From: Albugo candida
Taxonomy: Eukaryota
Reading direction: 5' to 3'
Length of the DNA: 64,000 nucleotides
NCBI GenBank assembly: GCA_040437565.1
Contig: JBDOQK010000065.1
Location: 1 to 64,000 of the forward strand
This document shows, one piece after another, positions 38,001 to 48,068 of the stretch (within the stretch, counting starts at the first letter, position 1; each line of letters starts with the position of its first letter). The notes beneath the pieces were generated by a model that saw only the letters and a list, made by a program, of their open reading frames with translations, was not told the DNA's origin and made no database searches. The position numbers and the translations under genes were made by a program.

Positions 38001-40806
38001 CAGTGCGGCATGTTTATTCTACGATTGGGCCGGAATGTTTGATGAGGATACTTGGCACGTGGAAGACAGCGATGAACAGAGTCCTGCTCATACTCCACAA
38101 AAGGAGGGGGAAGATTCGCATTATTTCGAGGTCAAAGATGACACAGATGGTGGAACTGAAGAAGAAGATGACGAAATGGCTGAATTGTATCAAACTAAAA
38201 CAGAGAATCTTCCCAATTGTGAATCCGTATCGTACGAAAAAGAGTCCAAAACATTGCACGGAGGTAAAAGTCTTTCCATTCCATTACGCAAACAGCAAGA
38301 CGCGAAATTAATGTGTGGTTTATGCTACGGAGACGGATCACTGCACATCTATTCCGTCCCCGACTTTACAAAAATGGGAATTTTTCCTTATGTGACATTC
38401 GCTCCGAAATGCCTCGTGAATACAATGGCAACTGAATATCAACGCAACTTTGATGGGTATAGTGCTAAAGCACGACATCAAATATCGAGTAATGGCCCGC
38501 GACTCGGCTTTAGTTCTTTACCCGCTGAATCAAATGAGGGACGTATCCGTAAAGCTCATGCGATCAACTCACCCGTTGCCGATATCGCGATCCATCGCAT
38601 TGGGCCCTCCGAAGGCCAGCATAATTCTCAGCTGTTCTCGCAAATGGTGCTACTGGTATTTCTTGCTAATGGCGATCTCATCATGTACAAGGTCTTCCCA
38701 TTTTCTGCAAACACGCGAGATAGTACCCGATGCTCCTTTCATTTTGTTCGTGTCAATGAGAATCTTATCACAAGACCAAACTTACCCGTGAAGGCAATCA
38801 AAGATCATGGGAACGTTGGAACACATGATGAGAACTCTCTTGGATCTACTGAAGCGAGTACGAGTGCAATCATAGCAAAGCTACGCGCTAATTTCCGATA
38901 TCCTATGTTGACTCGATTTTTCAATGTGAACAATAACAGCGGCGTGTTTTTTCGTGGTGCTTATCCCGTTTGGATTCTACCGAATCAAGGTCAACCCGTC
39001 TTTGTTCCGTTCAACATCGCATCCGTCCCAAGTGACCAGACTCGATCGAGCAGATACAAGGTACCGGTGCTGAGCTTTACACCATTTCATCATTGGAATT
39101 GTCCCAATGGTTTCGTATACTTTCATTCGTCTGGGTCTCTGCGTGTCTGTGAGCTCCCGAGCTCTCAAAACTTCACATTGCTACCCTCTGGTAATGGATT
39201 CGTGCTTCAAAAGGTTCGATTTGGTGCCACGATCCATCATCTATTATATCTGGGAAGACATGGACCTGGAGGCGTGGCAGAAGCTCTGAAATCTCCGACT
39301 TTTGCAATGGTACTAAGCCGCAAAGTGACATTAAGCGAAGCAGAACAAGCGTACTGGAGCGAAAACAATGACGAAAATACGGGCGATGATATGTATCAAA
39401 ATGGAGGAGGAAAAGACATCGAGGAAGGTGATGATCCCAATGCTGAAGCTTTGTTGAACAGTAATGTGATGGCGCCGACCGCCGAAAAGTTTCCAGACCT
39501 GGATGTGAATGAGATGCCATTGACAGAAGAGGATGCTTATGAGCTACGAGTTGTCCAATTGGACGAGTATGGCGATTGGGCCGGTCAAGGTGTCTTTCGC
39601 GCGTACTTTGAGCGACATGAAGTCGTTTTGAGCGTCAAAATCCTCTATCTACACGACGCGTCGCTTTTGAAGAAGAATGTGGACTCCACAACGGATGAGT
39701 ATCATCGACGTAATGTTGAGACGGATACAAGTGCGAATGAAGAAGCCGAGTGGAATCGTCGCAAACGCCCGTACATTGTCATTGGCACCGGATATGTCGG
39801 ACCAAATGGCGAAGATGCCAGTGGAAAAGGCCGCTTACTGCTGTATGAATTGGACTATGCACAATACGTGGATAAGGACGGAACAACCAGTTCGAAATTA
39901 CCCAAATTGCGCTTAACCTTCATCAAGGAGCATCATCAAGGAGCGGTGACTTCCGTTATTCAATTGGGAATGTATGTGCTCGCGTCTGTGGGCTCGAAAA
40001 TGATTGTGTATGAATTCAAATCGGACCAATTGATTGGGTGTGCTTTCTACGACGCGCAAATGTTTATCACAAGTCTGAGCGTATTGAGGAAAGAGTATGT
40101 CATGTACAGCGACGTGTACAAGAGCGTGTCTTTGTTACGATGGCGACAGAAAGATAGACAGCTCCTTTTACTCGCAAAGGATTATGAGCCTCTTGCTGTG
40201 ACTACAGCGGAATTCAATATACTTGACACTCGACTGGCGCTAGTTGCAGCGGATGTGGAGGAGAATTTGCATGTTTTACAATACGCTCCACACGACATCG
40301 AATCGAGAGGAGGTCAGCGTCTACTTCGAACAAGCGACTTTCACGTTGGTGTTCAGATATCATCGATTTTCCGCAAATTGGTATATTCAAATGCATCTCA
40401 TCAACAATTCATTCCGACAAAATCACGATGCTTTGGGAATATGTATTTGAATGTACTTGGCAGTTCGGAGGGAGGCATCGCAGCACTAATCCCTGTTGCA
40501 GAACGTGTATTTCGTCGACTCTTCACATTACAGAACGTGATGATCTCAGCATTACCACAAAATTGCGCTTTGAATCCAAGAGAATTCCGCGTGATGAAGG
40601 CCAACGGACGTGTGCGAAGCGGTCGACCTGACGCGTGGTGCAAACAGAAATGGAAAAAAGGGTTTTTGGACGGCCAGGTGTTATGTCGTTTCTTGCATTT
40701 GGATTATGTCGCTCAGAAAGAGCTCGCACGATGCATCGGTACAAATCCCGAGATCATCATTCAGAATCTGTCGGAATTGCAGCGGAACACAATGTCATTT
40801 CTCTGA
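35071..40806 (+). CDS. CPSF1: Cleavage and polyadenylation specificity factor subunit 1 (CPSF160)
   Basis: 1911-aa single ORF with DFAFLEGYLEPTLMILHE, FIGSRCGDS, GTGYVGPNGEDASGKGRLLL, SRGGQRLLRTSDFHVG and LNPREFR...LDG motifs. Confidence 0.95.
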   Translation: MGQHFLYHSDLIPATAVHHAVYANFTNDIQPDLILCGPNWLKVYRIEPYTAESQHEGQSCRQSCSAEEDQIPPQNGNIFHLMDSFSLAGVAESLHTLTFDLSLLKPVSLADCPRKERKRRKKQAEESNYPDARSDANQGISIQSPTSIKSGKHVLLLTFALYKWVMIGYDRKTNSLVTLGLFTFEENAVGFGATLQGEKEGREQLLGSSVRPLVRIDTQVRCGAMLVYLDQIVIVPFRDSRVMDLAFLSEDEEDEQYASSEGKYKRIEKNIGADASAYSNDNTSPCESATTDVEDDEDDLPDRRNAYSKDFKSERQKSTKQERNGVSDKLEFSLDKSVKLGIKRSNHGGSNVQRGSSADSGSLLVPGGMKDLPYNLTGREFLLRLRELDIKGRVADFAFLEGYLEPTLMILHEENDRIASSGRFAIGYDTMCLTVLSITLNSRLHPVIWCVKNLPADCFRIIPCKVPIGGALLLSTNAILYFNQTQFYGIKLNVFADKTVNQSLFPCQDATYEVLEPLPDEAASAAQACLAFVEKPLSILLYDCHYDYLGSGDILLSLPDDTLYVLKMPQTSSRVLSAEEYNHTGRFILRKVASPASTASCVLVNRDNDRIFIGSRCGDSVLYKIHRQTINKRKTLLGTVVMSDGSISQNSNVEKEDTDMEAVLEEKLLALGSQMALDAADEDDAFLYGPTLSQEPTSGALPSTDCFSYESMKEDDHSLHLQAVDYIPGIGQITSMDLGVQSNADSNEQHEELVVSGGSSKDGSISVIHHGLRPIVSTAAELSGCRAMWTVVGMNTDVHDSEATRRYDSYLILSVAQRTMILRTGEEMEPLENDSGFYTCGPTLCATNLFSQRRIVQVYKQGVRVMQQAPIPTSETKESDEEARNEPLCRLVCTQEIPFAGEIESGGMNIDTTNVGIVSVDTIDPYILLLLTDGSIRLLEGDADLELTVLEPTVSYDDCNPLGVRHTKDDNKHAIGISAACLFYDWAGMFDEDTWHVEDSDEQSPAHTPQKEGEDSHYFEVKDDTDGGTEEEDDEMAELYQTKTENLPNCESVSYEKESKTLHGGKSLSIPLRKQQDAKLMCGLCYGDGSLHIYSVPDFTKMGIFPYVTFAPKCLVNTMATEYQRNFDGYSAKARHQISSNGPRLGFSSLPAESNEGRIRKAHAINSPVADIAIHRIGPSEGQHNSQLFSQMVLLVFLANGDLIMYKVFPFSANTRDSTRCSFHFVRVNENLITRPNLPVKAIKDHGNVGTHDENSLGSTEASTSAIIAKLRANFRYPMLTRFFNVNNNSGVFFRGAYPVWILPNQGQPVFVPFNIASVPSDQTRSSRYKVPVLSFTPFHHWNCPNGFVYFHSSGSLRVCELPSSQNFTLLPSGNGFVLQKVRFGATIHHLLYLGRHGPGGVAEALKSPTFAMVLSRKVTLSEAEQAYWSENNDENTGDDMYQNGGGKDIEEGDDPNAEALLNSNVMAPTAEKFPDLDVNEMPLTEEDAYELRVVQLDEYGDWAGQGVFRAYFERHEVVLSVKILYLHDASLLKKNVDSTTDEYHRRNVETDTSANEEAEWNRRKRPYIVIGTGYVGPNGEDASGKGRLLLYELDYAQYVDKDGTTSSKLPKLRLTFIKEHHQGAVTSVIQLGMYVLASVGSKMIVYEFKSDQLIGCAFYDAQMFITSLSVLRKEYVMYSDVYKSVSLLRWRQKDRQLLLLAKDYEPLAVTTAEFNILDTRLALVAADVEENLHVLQYAPHDIESRGGQRLLRTSDFHVGVQISSIFRKLVYSNASHQQFIPTKSRCFGNMYLNVLGSSEGGIAALIPVAERVFRRLFTLQNVMISALPQNCALNPREFRVMKANGRVRSGRPDAWCKQKWKKGFLDGQVLCRFLHLDYVAQKELARCIGTNPEIIIQNLSELQRNTMSFL

Positions 40807-41908
40807 GATCGTTGTGCAGTGAATAATATGAACGGTGTTCTCACGACATTCTAAGACGCTAAATAGGAGATGTGTTGTTCCCTTGTAAGCGATAATTGCA
40901 GAGTTGTATGTAACGCATTCGCACTATGACCACTTGACGCCGTCATAGCTGTGTTGTATTCCACAGAGTGTTGCGGTGTGGGCATTGTTTGTACAGAGAA
41001 TTGACTGTTGACAGAGGAACGAATGGCTCGAAATGGTGGACGCTGTGTGGATACTAAAGCGTATGCGATCACTTTGCAATAGCTATCCGGTACGATCAGC
41101 ATACACGCTGGTGCAAGTGCTTGTAATGTATACGGAATTGCTGCTGGTATATGTCGTATACAGTCATGAGCGTGCAGTAGTAGAGATGTCTTCAACACGC
41201 AAGAAAGACAGTCATGGATATAGTTCTACCACGATGTGACCATCAAGCATTTCGGATCTTTCCAGAACATGATTCTACCTCCAGTCTTCTTTTGCTTGTA
41301 TGCCCCCGATGACCAAGTAATGCAACTGGCCACATAGCAATGCCACCGCCTTATCCAGGTTACGATCAGTTAGCCAAGCCAAGTTTACCCATCACAACTC
41401 CGAGTCAGTGTGCTTCTCCAAACAAGGTGTTTCTGTCTTTGTCGCGTTTTTCTTCCACAAATCCTTCGTCAAGCAATCCAGATGACAACTTCATCCATAG
41501 CTTGGTTGACTCTCTTGTTTAGTAAAAAAAGGTACGTCCAAACCTATCCTTCTGAAAATCTAGAAAGAGATCTTGCAGCGATATGTCGAAGGGATCTCGT
41601 ACGTTAAATACGTGCGTAATCGGTTCCTCACTAGATACGTAAACGGTACCAAACCCATCTCACGGACCACTTTTCAGTTGGAATAATATCTGACGTCAAC
41701 TTCACGGGAATGTTACGCAAGAATCAGACCACGTCAGTTCAACGGATACAAAATTTCGCTGTCGATCGTTATCCAACAATCTCTTGCACCTTAGCCCAGT
41801 CCGCTTTCGATCAACGGATCGCTAAAATCACTCGTTGAATATTTTTATCCCGCTTTTGCATTTTATCGTTTAGTAGAACCGACACATTCACTATTCGTTC
41901 CGAGTGCT

Positions 41909-42904
41909 ATGTTTATTGTAACCGCGCAACTGTGGATCTTTGCATTGCGCTATTCACTTGGGGGGCGGGCTCCTCATAAAGTTACGTATGCGCATCAAGT
42001 TCGTCCTAATGTCGAGCAAGTGCACGAGGTCGGTGTCCTTGCTAGCCATGTGTTTGAGGAGATCAAGTACAGGAATTATCCATCTGATCTTCAATTCAAC
42101 GGCTATATATTGGTAGTTCGTCAAATTCAACCGACTGAGAACAGCAACGTCAAAAATCTTATTGGAGCGGGCCATGGATTCGAACGTATTAAACGGATTT
42201 TTGTAATGAAGTCGGAAGACAAGGAACGAATGAAAGCTTTGCATCAGATAAACTGCGAAACAGTGGAATTCGATTTTTCGCTGCTCGAAGATGCAAGGGC
42301 TGATCATTATCAAATTATTGAATTCAAGTGGAATTTTGACCGTTCTCATCCGAGTTTGTATATTTCTCATCGTAAAAAGCTTTCAGCTTTTCTTACACGT
42401 ACTCCTTTCCAACACAACAGTTTGGAACTGCCTCGAACCCTCGGTCATCTCGACGCCAAGTTCGAAACACAAGAAATTGTGCAAACAGTGGTTTTTCGTT
42501 ATGGGCAATTACGCAGCTTTTTTCCGTCATGGGCATACGAAAAGCTTTTAATAGCACTTTCGCGTCGACAGATTAATACTCGCTTTGAGAACCCAATGAG
42601 CTTCGATTCTGACGAATTTAAAAACTTGGACCTGCCGACCTTCAAGTTTACCCTCGAAAATCATGCGGACCACTACTACCTCACAAAGGAAAACTTCTTT
42701 GAAGTACATCCGTTCACCAAACGGTACCACCTTATTGTCTTAATGTCACATGCACCTAGTTGCTGGGTCATCGGCGCTACATTCTCTAAAACTTACGATA
42801 CCACGCTCTTGAGGCCACCCAATGGAATTACTAAATATGGATTCGCTCCAGTCAATAATCCCTCAGGTTCCAATAATTTTATGACGTCAAATTCATCAAA
42901 CTGA
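41909..42904 (+). CDS. Secreted pepsin-fold (A1 aspartic protease-like) protein, apparently non-catalytic
   Basis: Intact intronless 331-aa ORF with a hydrophobic N-terminus. The C-terminal lobe pattern is LPTFKFTL...YYLTKENF...WVIGATFSKTY...YGFAP. No DTG/DSG motif. Confidence 0.7.
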   Translation: MFIVTAQLWIFALRYSLGGRAPHKVTYAHQVRPNVEQVHEVGVLASHVFEEIKYRNYPSDLQFNGYILVVRQIQPTENSNVKNLIGAGHGFERIKRIFVMKSEDKERMKALHQINCETVEFDFSLLEDARADHYQIIEFKWNFDRSHPSLYISHRKKLSAFLTRTPFQHNSLELPRTLGHLDAKFETQEIVQTVVFRYGQLRSFFPSWAYEKLLIALSRRQINTRFENPMSFDSDEFKNLDLPTFKFTLENHADHYYLTKENFFEVHPFTKRYHLIVLMSHAPSCWVIGATFSKTYDTTLLRPPNGITKYGFAPVNNPSGSNNFMTSNSSN

Positions 42905-44896
42905 AGTCATTTTCTCTTCGTTTTCGTCGACATCACGGGCTCTCGTTGCAAGACATTGTGAAAGAATTTCCTGGCAGCAAGATCGACAAGCTCTCTGCTA
43001 TTGCTTTACCTCGCGTTAAATGATCGAATCGCTTGTTTAAGCTCGATAAATCAAGAATAGATGCTTTTCAACTTATGTGTTTGCCAATGCATGAACGTCA
43101 GTCAATTCAATCGTTTGACACGAATCCAGTTCTGGCCTTTTGAGAATGAAAGACAAATCATTCAGCTATATTGTGGTGACATTCATCGAGACTATAGCCA
43201 GTCAATGGTTAGATTGCGCACCATAAATATTGTCGCTAATTGCGCAATCTTCTCATTTACTCATGAGCGTATACTGTAAGCAGAATGCAGCAGCTTTTTT
43301 GAAAGTCTCGTACATGAATGTGTACCGTGTTGTCCAGAACGCTATCTGTCCGTACATTTTCGACATAGCAATGGATCATCGCATCGGTTCTCGGGACGTA
43401 AGCCTGAACCAAGGGCTGCAATGGCTGAATCTATCCATTGAGACAAAAAGATGGTTCAACACAATCATGAAATTCGGCGGCTGTCCACAATTCGGTACCA
43501 TGTTCCCATAACCTACCATGCCGAGCCGAAGAAGCGTTATCTGTTGCTGCTAGATTTGATAGTATTTGAAGCTGCAANNNNNNNNNNNNNNNNNNNNNNN
43601 NNNNNNNNNNNNNNNNNNNNNNNNNNNNNNNNNNNNNNNNNNNNNNNNNNNNNNNNNNNNNNNNNNNNNNNNNNNNNCCATTGAGACAAAAAGATGGTTC
43701 AACACAATCATGAAATTCGGCGGCTGTCCACAATTCGGTACCATGTTCCCATAACCTACCATGCCGAGCCGAAGAAGCGTTATCTGTTGCTGCTAGATTT
43801 GATAGTATTTGAAGCTGCAAGTCGTCAGCATTTCGACGGCACATTGCCTGAGGCGATCGACATGGACTGGCTGATGAGCAGCATCGAGTCTTCGCTGGCC
43901 CTCTCGTGTGCTGTAGGTAGCAAGAAGAGGTATGCATGTAGAAAAACGGATGAGCTCAGTTTCCGCCTCATGTAGCTGCAGTTCCAGCTGGGGGGTCAAC
44001 GCACCGAGACAGTTTCAGACGTAACTCTGCTCTTTCCAAATTGGATCATGAGGCCTTGTGAATAGGAACAACTCGACCAAAGGTTTCTGCTGTGAATTGC
44101 ACGAATTCATGTCGGATACCGTCGACGATACTGCGGTCAGCGACTTTAGTCGCGTGATCGGCAAAAAAAAAGTATGCTGAGGCAAAGGTTTGCCACAAGT
44201 TACTCGAATTTGATGAGAACACTCGTCGAATGGAAGCGATTCGGAGTAGAGGGAGCTCATACGCTGTCTCTTCATCACTCTATGACGCTTAGGATTGTAA
44301 AGGACAAGAGTGAAGGACAATATGAAGGCAATTCAAGGTGTTTTTTTCCTTTGTTACCTGGTCCCTCTAGATTCTCAGGACATTGGGAAATGAGAACCAT
44401 TTGACATACATGGCATCATTGATATAGTTTATCCGCTCCACATACAAATCTTCAATGCGGATATTTCGCTGTGGATTATAACAAACAAGTAGAAGCTCTG
44501 CTGTACGTTACAACACTCAGCGTTTTGATAACTATCCGCTACAGTGTCAGACATCGTCGCTATACTACAAAGAATGCCTATCTGAAATGATTTGTCCAGC
44601 GCCTAATGAATCTCGTCGTATCGGTCATGATGGTGATATTAATCGAATGGCTCGATCAGTTATTGATGATGATGCGAGAGAATCTACAAAATTCAAGCAA
44701 TTACGAGGTTGTAGGAACCATTTGCTTGTATGGAATCGCCAGGGCAACGTTGTCGTCGTTAACCCACTTTGAACAATTAGCGTTGACTTTAGAGGCAGTC
44801 ACAAGCCATACCAAAGGAAATTCCTACTGAGAGTTCTCATCAATGTCACGACGACAATTTGATTGGATAGATTGATAGAATCATATCGTCATCGCT

Positions 44897-46895
44897 ATGA
44901 GAAGGGATCTCGCAACCTGTTTTCTTCTTTGTTTGTGCTCCTGCTCCTATCCTCTGCAATACATACACGCACTCATCACTGTATGGCCGTACAGCGTAAG
45001 CGATCGCGTGGAGATCACAACGGGTATGTTACAAACATGTGTGAGATCGTGTGGCATTATAATGCGACGTGGCTTGCAGATAACCTCGTGAATGCTACGT
45101 CTGGTCCATTACTAACGCTAGAGATCGTGGGCGCACTACCTGTTCAACGTTTCCACTCATTCAATCTGAGTGAAGCACCCCAATGCGCGCTTCTCCTCGA
45201 TAGAATAGAATCGATCGATGTACGTTCCTCCGCGACGGCGAGCGCTCCTTTTTTTGTAATGTGATGCGAATAGGTCGCCATTGTTCAACCATCAGTGCGT
45301 ATTCCTACATTACAGCGTCTATTTGAGCAGCATCCATTGTTTTCCATTTACACAATTGGCGCTCAAGTCTCGATGAGTCTGCGAGCTCCTAACGAACAAC
45401 TAATGCAACTGGCGGAGTCGTGTCGCTTTCAGCTCGATAGGCATGTTCAGCAAGTCATGCGTCAAATATTCGACACAGCAATGCCACCGCATTATCAGCT
45501 TACGAGATCAGTCGGTGAAAAGCATCATCCGGAAGGTATCTATGACAACGAGGAGCAGGTGTGCTTTTCGAAGCAAGGACCATTTTTTAATGCAAACGAA
45601 GCTCGGAAAGCTGTTGCGAGAGTAGTGCGAGACACTATCGATTCAAAAGATCAGGCAAACGCTCTAATCAGCGCTCTCTATGAGCCTGGAGTGTCGGAAT
45701 TGTTGACTTATATTTCGTTACGGCGCAATGAAAGCGTATCACACACTCCAGACGTTTGGAAAGTGGAACTGGTTCATACATGGAAAACGTCGAGCAAAAG
45801 TATCAGCTTCAGCAAAACGCTGATCCAGCAAGGTCTTGTCCGAGTGGTACATCGTCTCGATCCACGTATGATTGGTATTAGTATCGCTCGATGTCAAGTC
45901 TCATTGATTTTGTGCAATAGTAATGTATCGGACATTGAATGAAGCGGTAGTGCCATCGACTCTTGCTCGTGGTCAGCTGCAGCCGATCGCTGGAATATTC
46001 TCTACTTTTACAGCAAGTCCTCACGTGTCACTCGTTGGTCAAGGTATCTAATCTCTATTGCTTCTCAGCATGCTGAATACATCCTGATACTGCTCCAGGT
46101 TTTCATCAGGAATACCGGGTAAGACTCTCGTTGGCTACCACAACAAGAAACTCTCTCAAAGAGCGTTGCGGGAATCATTCAAAGTGGTCGATTCGGTTTT
46201 TTGTCCTTCTTTCGAATGATATATATCTTGATCTGGATGAATTGCGGGTACACAATGTGATACGCTGCTTGATAATCGGAGTTCTCTGATTGATATCCAT
46301 ACGTATAGCGTCTTGAACGATTTGGAAAGCTCAAATTCCAGGCATTCTCCAATTATATCGATATCGAGCGTCCATCTTCAGTTTCATCTCAACACTTTGT
46401 GTCATTGACCTTTCCGATGTAAGGGCATCCGATTACGACGTGGCCACTAAAAGACTAACTCGGCACAAATGTAGAAACCTGACGACCAATTCGGACACAT
46501 TCGAATTCCAATTCCCAATACACATGCGGTACCAAACTCCGTCACTAAAGCTTCGGTATCGCAACGCCACAATCTTTTCTCCCGAAATATTTCTATCATG
46601 TCTACCACAACTTCACAAGTCAATCGACAAAACCACGTCCTTGGCCACCACGCCTTTGATCGTTGAAAGAAATTCCGTATCTGAACAAAAAGATCATCTT
46701 TACGCATTTCCTTGGTTCCGAATCACACTCCAGTCTCAACTTGGCGCAATCCAAAGTCCGGTCCCGGTAGGGTATCTTCCTGATGGAGAAATCGTCAGCA
46801 TTGTCACGTTTACAATCACGTTTGTTGGCGCAATGCTTCTTATCGTTGCAGTTCTATGGAAATCACCACCTAAAGACCGTCGAAAAGCCGACTAA
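44897..46895 (+). CDS. PIGX: GPI mannosyltransferase I stabilising subunit PIG-X/PBN1-like, multi-exon
   Basis: Signal peptide MRRDLATCFLLCLCSC; GQGFHQ across an intron; C-terminal FPIHMRYQTP...SPVPVG...VSIVT followed by a TM helix and basic tail. Exon boundaries only partly resolved. Confidence 0.75.
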
Positions 46896-46946
46896 GTGAA
46901 GTCTTGCACCGCAGATGGATCGTAGAAAGCAGCCAAATACATCAAA

Positions 46947-47870
46947 TCAGTTTGCCTGCATCATTTGTAATGCCAAGTTCGCATGATCTAATACGGAAAC
47001 TGTGTATCGATTCATTCTTGTCGCTTGCAATGCACGTGTGATCGGAGTCGGAGGGAGAGAATCTGGTGTAACGGACCCCAACAGCCCCAAAGTCGCTTCA
47101 TCATCTCTTTTGCAGCCGTAGTCTACAGCGACACGGAAGAGATTCAAAGGAATTGAAGAGTGCATCATTTGACGCATTTTTTGTGTCATGGAATCAGGTA
47201 AGCACGAAGACTCTTGCTCTAGGTACTCTACTGCCCATCCTAACTCTACATACTCAATCGTCTCATTCCTCTGACCAGAATCCGCGACATAGACGCCAAG
47301 CTGATGCATCATATCGATAAATTCAAAGCGGTCATCTGGAGACGTTAATGGCGTTTGTGTGACACACATTCGACACTTTTGACTTTTTGCACGACATCCT
47401 GGAAGAATGCGGTTGACCACATGAATGAGTTGTCTGTACGTTCGTTTCACAAAGCTTGCATCGTGTGTCGCTTCAATGTTGTCTGAAGATGTATGAGGAG
47501 ACCCCTTTTGTGAGCACTCTGCCCATTGGCCATGTTCCATACTTTTATCCATAAGTGCGACCCAAAATGTAGTGAATTTCTGATCGGACAAAGAAACGAA
47601 TGAATTTCTCAGACGTTCCAGTGAGTCTGCTGCCTTTGATGGGTACAAATGTCGATGTAAATTGCCATAGTAATGCTGGATTGTTTTCACACAGTAACGG
47701 GCATGATTTTCAGCAATTCGATACATTATGAATGCAAATGCTCGAATAATTACTCGCTCAATGTTGGTGAGTGCTTTAAGAGCTCCACAAGGAAGGTACA
47801 GAAGATTTGACTGCATATAATTTTGAGAGACGTCGTCAAGGACACGTGAGGAATCAGAATCAATCATCAT
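46947..47870 (-). CDS. Hypothetical protein (307 aa; may have an upstream exon)
   Basis: Long intact ORF in the gene-dense region. No family recognised. Confidence 0.7.
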   Translation of the reverse strand: MMIDSDSSRVLDDVSQNYMQSNLLYLPCGALKALTNIERVIIRAFAFIMYRIAENHARYCVKTIQHYYGNLHRHLYPSKAADSLERLRNSFVSLSDQKFTTFWVALMDKSMEHGQWAECSQKGSPHTSSDNIEATHDASFVKRTYRQLIHVVNRILPGCRAKSQKCRMCVTQTPLTSPDDRFEFIDMMHQLGVYVADSGQRNETIEYVELGWAVEYLEQESSCLPDSMTQKMRQMMHSSIPLNLFRVAVDYGCKRDDEATLGLLGSVTPDSLPPTPITRALQATRMNRYTVSVLDHANLALQMMQAN

Positions 47871-48068
47871 GATTGCCGGTTCCAGTTGATCGCAAAGTAC
47901 ACGAAGAAACGGTCGATTAAGATATTCTTCTCGATATCCTTTATCGGGGTCTTTTATTGAGACGAAGACTGTCTGTTTCAGACTGTCATACTTTATGAAC
48001 GACGTTTACCTTACTGCTTTATGGACGCATATTGCGCAATTTCCTCTTAGGCAGATATTTTGATTATA

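Noticed and set aside
35615..40826. Many short antisense and alternate-frame ORFs inside CPSF1 and other long genes
   Set aside because: Shadow ORFs without independent evidence.
43435..43820. Direct repeat around a gap
   Set aside because: Assembly overlap.
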